A program made the position numbers and the translations under genes. Shown one piece after another: positions 31,613 through 39,977 of a stretch of 64,000 bases of DNA (the stretch's first letter is position 1; each line of letters opens with the position of its first letter). The notes under the pieces are model-generated. The model ran no database searches and was not told where the DNA came from. It worked only from the letters and a program-made list of their open reading frames with translations. Source of the stretch: Synergistales bacterium (GTDB lineage Bacteria > Synergistota > Synergistia > Synergistales > JAFGMB01); contig OY762654.1 in NCBI GenBank assembly GCA_963666205.1, forward strand, positions 1,056,001-1,120,000. Reading direction: 5' to 3'.

Positions 31613-32245
31613 TTGACCATGAATCTGAAGTCTCTGATGTACCGGATGCTGGATTTTATACATATTCCTGAGGAGATAAGGGATCTCCGGGGTAAGGTGA
31701 TCCTCCATGTTTCTGATACTCCTTCCTCCTTCTACCAGGCTCTTGATCGGCTGATCAAGGTGCTCGATCCGCCCTGGGTCATCCACACAGGTGACCTGGC
31801 CGACCAGATAAAGCTGGAGATCCGTCCAAACCAGAAAGAGCTTTATGCGCTGAAGCTGAGACGGCTTCGCAGCATCCTTGAATACGGCGTACATAATGAA
31901 AAACGCGAAAGTATTCTTGTTATGGGAAACCATGACTGTGAAGAGATAGTAAGGAGCCTGTTCCGAAGGAGCAGGATAATAAGCCAGACTGGAGAGGCTC
32001 ACATCGGAAATCTGAAACTTAACCTGAGCCATTACTATTTTCTCCTGGAGGGTGGAGATGGCACCTTTAACCTTTATGGGCACGATACCTTCTATCCCTC
32101 TGATGAGGAACGGGTAAAGGGCGTTTTTCTCAACGGTCTTCTGGCGATCAACCTTATCCATATGGACACAGGGGAGGTTTATTCCCTGCCCTATCCACGG
32201 TATGTGGACGACAACAGGTTACTGAAACACAAGACAGGCATTTAA
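31613..32245 (+). CDS. Metallophosphoesterase family protein
   Basis: HVSD, HTGDL, GNHD, SH and GH calcineurin-like motifs. Confidence 0.75.
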   Translation: MTMNLKSLMYRMLDFIHIPEEIRDLRGKVILHVSDTPSSFYQALDRLIKVLDPPWVIHTGDLADQIKLEIRPNQKELYALKLRRLRSILEYGVHNEKRESILVMGNHDCEEIVRSLFRRSRIISQTGEAHIGNLKLNLSHYYFLLEGGDGTFNLYGHDTFYPSDEERVKGVFLNGLLAINLIHMDTGEVYSLPYPRYVDDNRLLKHKTGI

Positions 32246-32260
32246 CCCAACAGAAACGAT

Positions 32261-32293
32261 AAGGGCCCGCTTATAAACCGCGGGCCCTTTCTT
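32261..32293. terminator. Terminator between convergent genes
   Basis: AAGGGCCCGC/GCGGGCCCTT stem. Confidence 0.7.
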
Positions 32294-32323
32294 TATAAAA
32301 TATTCCGGTAGGAGGTGAGAGTT

Positions 32324-33226
32324 TTATCTTCTGCCAGGATGACCCTGGAATGTTCCGTGATGAGGTTCTCTGTCCCATAAGCTGTATCTCATGTCCTGGA
32401 ACTGTTCCTTCTGATCTTCGTTCAGAACCTCCATTATTTCCGCATTCAACGCTTTTCTCTCGCTGATCCTGGTTACCATTTCCTCAGCCATGGAAGAAGC
32501 AATTTCTCTTGCTTTTGTTTCGTTAAAGGTGGCTGCAGATACCAGATCATGAAGTTCTTTCATCTTTTCTCTACCCTGTCTCTGACTTTTATCGCCATCC
32601 CTGTGCTTTTCCACAATACTCATGATCTTCTCTTTCTGGCTGAAAGTAAGGTCAAGTTTCTCTTCCAGGTCAGATATTCCATCTTTTCTGTCCCTGTCAA
32701 AATTCATTTTTTGAAGTTTTGCCTGCTGGCTGGAAGTCAGGTCGAGTTCACGGATAAGCTTTTGGTTGAACCTGTTCCGGCGATTTTCCCTTATATCTTT
32801 TCTATCACCCTTGTTTTCTGTTCTTTTTTCTTCCAGTTTCTGACGCTGTTCAGGAGTAAGCACCTGGAAGACCTGGTATTGGGTTTGCATTCCCTTATAT
32901 GTCATTTCGGCCATTTTGCTTTTTATTCCGGCGATCTCTTCCGCTGTCAGGTCGCTTTCATAATCCCTTATGCTGTCCCTAAAAGCCCTTCCTTCTTCCC
33001 TGGCCTTTTCCCTTAGTCCTTTAAAGATTTCCCTTATCTGTTCCTTCTGGCTCTCTGACAGATCCAGCCCTCTCATCATTGCGGGTCCCCCGTTGCCCGG
33101 GAACATCCCATCTCTCTGCATTGCACTGGAAGTTCCTGCATTTCCTAACGATATGGCTCCAACCAACGCAAAGACTGTCAATGCCATAATTCCTCTTTTC
33201 ATACTGCAGTTCTTCATTATCTTCAA
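32324..33226 (-). CDS. Spy/CpxP-family periplasmic chaperone, extended multi-LTxxQ form
   Basis: Signal peptide; LSESQ, LTAEE, LTPEQ, LTSSQ, LTFSQ, LNEDQ motifs. Confidence 0.8.
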   Translation of the reverse strand: MKIMKNCSMKRGIMALTVFALVGAISLGNAGTSSAMQRDGMFPGNGGPAMMRGLDLSESQKEQIREIFKGLREKAREEGRAFRDSIRDYESDLTAEEIAGIKSKMAEMTYKGMQTQYQVFQVLTPEQRQKLEEKRTENKGDRKDIRENRRNRFNQKLIRELDLTSSQQAKLQKMNFDRDRKDGISDLEEKLDLTFSQKEKIMSIVEKHRDGDKSQRQGREKMKELHDLVSAATFNETKAREIASSMAEEMVTRISERKALNAEIMEVLNEDQKEQFQDMRYSLWDREPHHGTFQGHPGRR

Positions 33227-33364
33227 CTCCTTCTTAAAATCATTTGTCCGAAAGCCCGGCGCTTCGAAATGATTTTAGTCTCATTTCTGTAAAGGTGCGG
33301 TTCAGAAATGTTAAGAAAGATTAACAGGGGTTATACATTTCATCAGACAAGGAATAGTCAGAAT

Positions 33365-33396
33365 AAAAAAAGCCCCAGGGAAAGATCCCTGGGGCT
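33365..33396 (-). terminator. Intrinsic terminator after aminotransferase
   Basis: AGCCCCAGGG/CCCTGGGGCT stem plus U-run on the minus strand. Confidence 0.8.
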
Positions 33397-33417
33397 GAAA
33401 TGCTGTCTTATCCGGTT

Positions 33418-34599
33418 TTAAACGAACTCTGCCATTACATCTCCGAGTATCTTGATGCCCTCACGGATCTTTTCAGGAGACATGTTGGAGAAATTGAGCC
33501 TCAGGGTATTTTCGTGTCCGCCATTGGGATAGAATGCTCCACCGGGTACGAAGGCGACTTTATTTTCGATGGCCCTGGCAAACAGTTCCCTTCCATTCAC
33601 ACCTTCGGGCATTTCGACCCAGGTGAAAAGGCCGCCTTCGGGCCTTAGAAATTTAACCCCTGCGGGGAAATATTCTTCCATGGCCTGAACCATCACCTTT
33701 GCCCTTTCGCCATAGACCTGGATCAACTTTTCCACGTGGACATCGATGTCGTTCATTTCCATGAAGGCATCGATGTGGTACTGGCTTATGGTCGATGTAT
33801 GAAGGTCGGATGCCTGTTTGAGGTATATAAACTTCAACAGGAGGTCTTCATTGCCTGCTATCCATGCAATACGCATTCCCGGGCTGAGGATCTTGGAGAA
33901 TGTTCCGAAAAGAAGGATGCTGTCGTTGGTGTCCATGGATTTAAGAGAAGGGGGGACTTCCCCGGTAAATCGAAGTTCTCCATAGGGGTTGTCCTCTATA
34001 ACGGGTACAGAATACCTGTTGACGACCTCCATGAAGGCCTTTCTTCTTTCAATGGTCCAGGTCTTTCCGGTGGGATTCTGGAAATCTGGTATTACGTAAA
34101 TGAGTTTGACCTTTTCTCCCTGGATCTTTTTCTCCAGGTCTTCGGGGACCATTCCCTCATCGTCGGTCTCCACCTCTACGAACTTCGGGCGATAGGCCTT
34201 GAAGGCATCAAGAGCTCCGAGGTAGGTGGGACTTTCACATAAGACCACATCTCCCTCATCGAGAAATAGTTTGCCCGCAAGATCGAGGGCCTGCTGAGAG
34301 CCTGTGACGATAAGGATGTTGTCAAGGGTCACGGATGTTCCAAACTTCCTGTTCATCCGGGAAGCTATCTTTTCCCTGAGAGAGGGAAGTCCTTCTGTCT
34401 TGTAGTACTGAAGAGCCTTCATGCCCGCTGTATCGAGGGCTTTAACACATGCTTCCTTCATTCCCTCCACGGGGAAAAGCTCGGGTGCGGGAAGACCGCC
34501 CGCAAAGGAAATGATCTCCGGATCGGCAATAACTTTCATTATTTCCGCAAGATCGGATGATTCAAACTCTACCATTCTGCTGGCAAATTTCATTGACAT
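33418..34599 (-). CDS. PLP-dependent aminotransferase class I/II (LysN/ARO8-like)
   Basis: ISFAGGLP, GSQQAL, FQNPTG, EDNPY, GTFSK; ATG 34599 follows GGAGG. Confidence 0.9.
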   Translation of the reverse strand: MSMKFASRMVEFESSDLAEIMKVIADPEIISFAGGLPAPELFPVEGMKEACVKALDTAGMKALQYYKTEGLPSLREKIASRMNRKFGTSVTLDNILIVTGSQQALDLAGKLFLDEGDVVLCESPTYLGALDAFKAYRPKFVEVETDDEGMVPEDLEKKIQGEKVKLIYVIPDFQNPTGKTWTIERRKAFMEVVNRYSVPVIEDNPYGELRFTGEVPPSLKSMDTNDSILLFGTFSKILSPGMRIAWIAGNEDLLLKFIYLKQASDLHTSTISQYHIDAFMEMNDIDVHVEKLIQVYGERAKVMVQAMEEYFPAGVKFLRPEGGLFTWVEMPEGVNGRELFARAIENKVAFVPGGAFYPNGGHENTLRLNFSNMSPEKIREGIKILGDVMAEFV

Positions 34600-34628
34600 A
34601 AAAAAACCTCCCAAGTATGTAGTGATCT

Positions 34629-34669
34629 AAAAACAAAAAGGCCGGAACCTCTGAAAAAGGCTCCGGCCT
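34629..34669 (-). terminator. Attenuator terminator in aminotransferase leader
   Basis: AGGCCGGAGCCT...AGGTTCCGGCCT stem followed by TTTTGTTTTT on the minus strand, about 30 nt before the start codon. Confidence 0.8.
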
Positions 34670-34682
34670 GGACCTTCAGCGC

Positions 34683-34769
34683 TTATGCGCCAACATAAGC
34701 TCCAGGGGGAAACCCGCAGCGGGATAGAATGTCTATAATGTAAATAAAGACGATAAACAGGACTTGCAT
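34683..34769 (-). CDS. Putative leader peptide MQVLFIVFIYIIDILSRCGFPPGAYVGA
   Basis: 28 codons after a G-rich SD; 12 of residues 3-15 are I/V/L/F/Y; ends just before the terminator. Confidence 0.65.
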   Translation of the reverse strand: MQVLFIVFIYIIDILSRCGFPPGAYVGA

Positions 34770-34973
34770 TTTACTATTCCCCCCCCACTCGTTAAGCTTG
34801 TCGGCTAATTTAAAAATATTGAGAATAATTCTAACCTTCCAGACATGGGGTGTCAAACCTGCACCATTAAATAAGGCTTCTTCAGGTAAATAAAGCTTTC
34901 TTTACAATTCTTAACTCTTTTTTGTTCTCTTTTTCGGATAAAATAAAGAAAATTACTTCTAAAAACAACAGGG

Positions 34974-35729
34974 ATGATGGAAATGACTCGGATATTAGCA
35001 ATTGAAGATGATGTGGAGCTCTGCGAACTTCTTTCGGAATACCTGGGATCGGAAGGTTTCTGCTTCAGTTCCGTACACTCAGGAAAGAAGGGTGTTGAGG
35101 CCGCTCTCAAGGGAGAACATGACATTGTGGTACTGGATGTCATGCTTCCTGAAATGAACGGTTTCGATGTCCTGAGGAGTATTCGGGCGGAATCGGCCGT
35201 ACCTGTAATAATGCTCACTGCCAGGGGCGACGATGTGGACAGGATAGTAGGCCTGGAGATCGGGGCTGACGATTACGTTCCCAAACCTTTCAATCCCCGG
35301 GAACTGATAGCCAGGATAAAGGCGGTACTTCGAAGGTATGAGGGAGGAGTTAAGAATACACCCTCCGTGGTTGGTGAACCCATCCTCCAGGTAGCTGATA
35401 TAGAGCTTGATCCTCGATCACATGTGGTGAAAAGGGAGGGAGAGGTAGTTGAACTTACTTCCCTGGAATTCAGGCTGCTGGAGACTTTCCTTGAAAAGGC
35501 CGGAGAGGTAATAAAAAGACAGGATCTCGTGAGAAAGGTCCTGGAGAGGTCCTATTCTCCCTTCGACAGGAGCATTGACGTTCATATCAGCAATCTCCGG
35601 AAAAAGATCGGTCCGGGAAATGATGGCACAGAGAGAATAAAGACAATAAGGGGAGAAGGTTACCTTTATTCATGCCCCTCCAGCCCTGGTGATGAGAAAA
35701 GGGATGTCCGGGAAAGGACAGGTCAGTGA
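34974..35729 (+). CDS. OmpR-family response regulator (CpxR-like)
   Basis: Receiver LDVMLP, GADDY.PKPF; winged helix PFDRSIDVHISNLRKK as in CpxR. Confidence 0.88.
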   Translation: MMEMTRILAIEDDVELCELLSEYLGSEGFCFSSVHSGKKGVEAALKGEHDIVVLDVMLPEMNGFDVLRSIRAESAVPVIMLTARGDDVDRIVGLEIGADDYVPKPFNPRELIARIKAVLRRYEGGVKNTPSVVGEPILQVADIELDPRSHVVKREGEVVELTSLEFRLLETFLEKAGEVIKRQDLVRKVLERSYSPFDRSIDVHISNLRKKIGPGNDGTERIKTIRGEGYLYSCPSSPGDEKRDVRERTGQ

Positions 35730-37209
35730 AAATATGATACTGAATGAAACCACCAGGGGAAAGATGTTCAGGAAGATCTTCCTCTGGTTCATGGCTGCCC
35801 TTGCAATAATATTTGTAGTAGGTATCAGTTCTGCCTATTTTGCCCACCAGGGTTTTACAAGGACAGAACTTCGCTCTGAATTTGGCGAAGCCCTGGATGA
35901 ATATGGACCCCAGGCGGTGGAGACCTACGAAAACCAGGGAAAAGAAGGCCTCGACAGTTTTCTGAAACTTTCAAACCGGAAGGTCCGGGGAAGGATGATG
36001 CTTTTCACCTCTGATGGCAAGGCCATTCTGAGGCTCTTCCGCCAGGATCGACAGGACAAGGATCAGGAAGAGGACCAGGGCAGACTTGAAAAGTTTTTAA
36101 TGGAGACCTTGAGAGAAAACGGAACCAGATTCACTTTTATCGGCCCCCTGGGGATCCTGGCCAGAAAGATAAGTTCCGAAAAGGGAAATGACTATGTCTT
36201 CGCTGCCTTCAGATTTGTTCCGCCTCCCTTTCCCTCCAGAGAAAATGCAGGAACAATGATCTTCAGGCTGCTGGCAGTCCTGGCAGCAGGAGCTGCAGCA
36301 TGTTACTGGCTGGCAAACAATATGGCAGTTCCAATAAGAAAACTTCGGGAGGCAACGCAGAAACTGGCCCAGGGTGATCTAGGGGTCAGGGTTGAAGAAA
36401 AACTTACCTTCAGGAATGATGAAATTGGAGACCTGGGGAAGGGTTTCAACATTATGGCTGAACATCTTGAAGATCTTATCGGGGCCCAGAAAAGGCTTAT
36501 CGGGGATATTTCCCATGAGCTTAGGACACCCCTGGCCAGGCTCAATATAGCCCTTGGCCTTGCCCGGAAACGCTCCGGGACGGAAGCTGAAACTGCCCTT
36601 AACAGGATCGAACTCGAGACTGAACGACTGAACGATATGATAGGCCAGCTGCTTTCCCTTTCCCGTTTTGAGACAGATATGACAAATATGCAGAAGATCA
36701 GGATCAATCTGACTGAACTTGTGGGAGATATAGTAATAGATGCCAGGTTCGAGGCAGAATGTAAGAACTGCGACGTAAAATTCGATCCGGTGAAGGATAT
36801 TTACATCTACGGCGACCCGACCCTGATCTCGCGAGCCACAGAAAATGTTGTACGGAACGCTCTCAAACATAACCTGGAAAACAGAGATGTTGAGATCACC
36901 CTTGAAGATCCTTATTCAACGACAAAGGGGAATATGGCGGTGATAAGGGTAAAGGACCACGGAGAGGGAATCGATGAGAAGGAACTGGAAAATATATTCA
37001 AACCCTTTTACCGTCTGGACTCGGCAAGGGACAGGAAAACAGGAGGTACCGGTCTGGGACTGTCCATAGCGGAACGGGCGGTCAAACTCCACGGGGGTTA
37101 TATCAGGGCTTGTAATTCTCCCGGCGGGGGGTTGACGGTGGAGATAGGGCTGCCGATGGGGAATATAAAACCAGTAAAACCCTGTTTTACCGGCAGAGAA
37201 AAACAGTAG
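35689..37209 (+). CDS. HAMP-domain sensor histidine kinase (CpxA-like)
   Basis: Two TMs, HAMP, DISHELRTPLARL, ENVVRNA, GGTGLGL. Confidence 0.88.
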   Translation: MMRKGMSGKGQVSENMILNETTRGKMFRKIFLWFMAALAIIFVVGISSAYFAHQGFTRTELRSEFGEALDEYGPQAVETYENQGKEGLDSFLKLSNRKVRGRMMLFTSDGKAILRLFRQDRQDKDQEEDQGRLEKFLMETLRENGTRFTFIGPLGILARKISSEKGNDYVFAAFRFVPPPFPSRENAGTMIFRLLAVLAAGAAACYWLANNMAVPIRKLREATQKLAQGDLGVRVEEKLTFRNDEIGDLGKGFNIMAEHLEDLIGAQKRLIGDISHELRTPLARLNIALGLARKRSGTEAETALNRIELETERLNDMIGQLLSLSRFETDMTNMQKIRINLTELVGDIVIDARFEAECKNCDVKFDPVKDIYIYGDPTLISRATENVVRNALKHNLENRDVEITLEDPYSTTKGNMAVIRVKDHGEGIDEKELENIFKPFYRLDSARDRKTGGTGLGLSIAERAVKLHGGYIRACNSPGGGLTVEIGLPMGNIKPVKPCFTGREKQ

Positions 37210-37540
37210 ATCCTCTCCTCCAACGGCTGAGATCCATAAACCTAAAACCTTTTTCACCATGGAGGATCCGCCGTAAACCATCGTATAAAACATTCAGACC
37301 CAAGTAGTGGCGGACTTTCAGCGCTGAGGTTGCGCAGAGTAACGCAGAGGTAAAACATACCCCCTTCTGTGCCATAAAAATGGTGTGCTGCGCAAAATGA
37401 TGGACCTATTTTGCACGATTAGAACCGTAAACCTTTTAACCCTGTCTAACCGCAGAGGGCGCAGAGGACACAGAGGAAACCCAGTCAAGGTCAAAACGTT
37501 AAGGCGGACTGTAAGCGCAGAGGAAACATGTAACCGCAAA
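37165..37540 (+). repeat. Intergenic repeat cluster 7
   Basis: Element D 37262-37324; 37374-37468 nearly identical to 24843-24938; tandems at 37332 and 37449. Confidence 0.92.
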
Positions 37541-37573
37541 GACACAGGCAGGGCGGATGCCCTGCCTGTGTCT
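37540..37573. terminator. Hairpin between kinase and panE
   Basis: AGACACAGGCAGGGC/GCCCTGCCTGTGTCT perfect 15-bp stem. Confidence 0.7.
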
Positions 37574-37602
37574 AATATCTATACTCATTCAGGAAAGAGA
37601 CT

Positions 37603-38514
37603 CTATTTCAGTGCTTTGTAGACCCCTTCATAGGCTGGAACACTGATACCCAGTTCTGCCGCTTTTTTAACCACATAGCCGATAAAGAGTTCGAGTTCGT
37701 TATTCCCACCCTTTTCTACATCGAGCTGCATGGAGGATTTGGTTTGAGGAGGGAAGTTCTTTCCCACATTTATGGAGTCCTGTACTATCCCTGGTGGAAG
37801 TTGAACTCCCAGGGTTCTACCGATCTGTTCGAGCTCGGTTATCATATTTACGAGAAGTTCAAAACTCTCCTGATCTGAGAGGACTTCTCCGAAGGTCTGT
37901 CCCTTTACGGATGTTACCCCTGCATAGGGACTCATGAACATGAACTTTTTCCATGCATCAAGGGTTATATTATCTGAAAGGACAGAATTGATCCCAGCCT
38001 CGGTAAAGAGTTTCTGTATGGGCTCATAAAGGTCAACCCCTGCATTTTCTGGTCCCCAGACAAATTTACCGGCACCGCCAACCTGCCTTACGACTCCGGG
38101 TTCCTCTATCCTGGCCGATATGTAGACACAGCCGTTCATGATCCTGCATTTCGGGAGAACTGCCTCCAGGATCTGGCTGTTATTAACTCCGTTGAGAAAG
38201 GGAATGACCACAGTTTTTTCAGTTACTGTGCATGAGGCCATTCTGGCGGCTTCCTTCAGCCCATATCCCTTGACAGCAAAAACAAGGAGATCCACCTTGC
38301 CCAGGTCACCCGGGTCTGCCGTTGCCACATCAGGTCTTACCGTAAATTCCTCTTCCGGCGTGATTATCTTCAATCCATCTTTCTTTATCTTTTCAAGGTG
38401 GTTGCCCCTGCAGATAAAACATACTTCATGATCTCCAGGACCTGCATATTTCCGGGCCAGTTTTCCTCCGAAGAAACCACCTATGCCTCCTATACCCATC
38501 ACAGCTATTTTCAT
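37603..38514 (-). CDS. panE: 2-dehydropantoate 2-reductase family
   Basis: GIGGIGG, AVK, LNG, WKK, SSMQLD, ELE motifs. Confidence 0.85.
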   Translation of the reverse strand: MKIAVMGIGGIGGFFGGKLARKYAGPGDHEVCFICRGNHLEKIKKDGLKIITPEEEFTVRPDVATADPGDLGKVDLLVFAVKGYGLKEAARMASCTVTEKTVVIPFLNGVNNSQILEAVLPKCRIMNGCVYISARIEEPGVVRQVGGAGKFVWGPENAGVDLYEPIQKLFTEAGINSVLSDNITLDAWKKFMFMSPYAGVTSVKGQTFGEVLSDQESFELLVNMITELEQIGRTLGVQLPPGIVQDSINVGKNFPPQTKSSMQLDVEKGGNNELELFIGYVVKKAAELGISVPAYEGVYKALK

Positions 38515-38628
38515 TATCCAACCTCCTGATCCTTATGTTATAGCAATTTCCAGAACCGGTTAAAAACTGAAAGAGATGTTCACAGAGAACATCCTTTTCA
38601 TTTTCTCAGGATTGAACATAATTTCCCA

Positions 38629-39315
38629 TTATCCTGTTTTCTCTTCAGGAAGGACCCAGACAGCGAGGGCTTCTTTCATGTTCATGACCGCCGGTGTCCC
38701 GTTCAGGCTGACCTCGATGAGCTGCTCTTCACAACTGTGGTTTATGCACTGGACATGGGAACCCGGGGAAAAGCCCGAATCAAGAAGTCTTTTTCTTAGA
38801 AGTTCCCTTGCGGTTATACGCACCACTCTCCCGTTCTCTCCTTCTTCAAGCATTAATAGAGGGCGGGACAGATCCTCGGGATTATCAAGTCCGCTCTGCA
38901 GTCTTGCGACCCACTGTCTCTCTTCTTTCATGGAAACACAGTAAAAGTCTACAAAAGCAGCAAGCCTTTTTTCACTCTCCGGATCAAGGACATGTTCCAT
39001 TGCACATGCGATTTCACTGGCAACATCCGGCTTTATCCCTATTATCTCCCTTAGGAGATAGGAAAGATGCTGATGACGCCGGAAGATCTTCAAGGCCCGT
39101 TCCTTACCCTTTTCAGTAAGATTGGGAGTTCCGTATTTTTCCTGAACAAGAAAACCTTCCCCACACAGTTTTTTGAGGGCAGAAACAACGGAAGCCTTTG
39201 AGACATGCAGATTTTTTGCAAGGGCCGTTACAGAAGGTTCCTGGCTTTCCATTTCCAGGGAAAATATCTCTTCGAGATAATCTTCAGTTCTTTCAGAAAG
39301 AGCCATTATTCTCAC
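38629..39315 (-). CDS. DtxR/MntR-family metal-dependent repressor with C-terminal FeoA domain
   Basis: EDYLEEIF, HTH VSKASV, RRH, ACAMEH, FeoA-like RLLDSGFSPG. Confidence 0.88.
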   Translation of the reverse strand: MRIMALSERTEDYLEEIFSLEMESQEPSVTALAKNLHVSKASVVSALKKLCGEGFLVQEKYGTPNLTEKGKERALKIFRRHQHLSYLLREIIGIKPDVASEIACAMEHVLDPESEKRLAAFVDFYCVSMKEERQWVARLQSGLDNPEDLSRPLLMLEEGENGRVVRITARELLRKRLLDSGFSPGSHVQCINHSCEEQLIEVSLNGTPAVMNMKEALAVWVLPEEKTG

Positions 39316-39649
39316 TCCAATTGTTAGGTCTTTCGAACTATTTTACAACAAAATCTCATCTTAAGCTATATTACCAGTTTAATTTTTCTAACAGATCCAT
39401 TACATGGAAGTCCTACAACACATATTGAGTATACAAAACTTATGCTTGCATATTTGAAATGACTATAATATAATATAACTAACAATATGTTAGAGCTTTC
39501 TAAAGATACCTCCCCTAAGGTTCATTTAGCGAGCATATTGTAGACCTGGGAAAAGGGATGTACGTAGAAATACCTACATTTTTTACAGCACTTTTTCCCA
39601 GGTATTTTTTTTGTATCAGGGTAGAATTACCCCATGGAGGTGTTTTCAT

Positions 39650-39952
39650 TTGAAAATAAGATCAATATTTTTTCTACTGGTAATAGCATTTATGGCTCTT
39701 TCATTACTTTCCACGACAGCCTTTGCCGCGGAGGCTCTATATATATGCCGTCCATGCAGCAGAAGCTTTATCCCTGAAGCAAAGAGCGTCCTGGAGGAAC
39801 TCGATCTTGAAGACAAGGTCAGGATAAAGACCACTTCATGTCTTGGAGACTGTGACAAGCCCGTGGTTCTTAAGTTTCAGAATAAAATATATACAAGTAT
39901 GGATAGAGAGAAACTGAAAATGCTCCTTATGGAAGTATTTGATCTTTCCTGA
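39650..39952 (+). CDS. Exported thioredoxin-like (2Fe-2S ferredoxin-type) small protein
   Basis: TTG 39650 after GGAGG; signal peptide ending AFA; ICRPC and TSCLGDC motifs. Confidence 0.55.
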   Translation: MKIRSIFFLLVIAFMALSLLSTTAFAAEALYICRPCSRSFIPEAKSVLEELDLEDKVRIKTTSCLGDCDKPVVLKFQNKIYTSMDREKLKMLLMEVFDLS

Positions 39953-39977
39953 AAATCAGGAAAAGGAGGAATATGAT

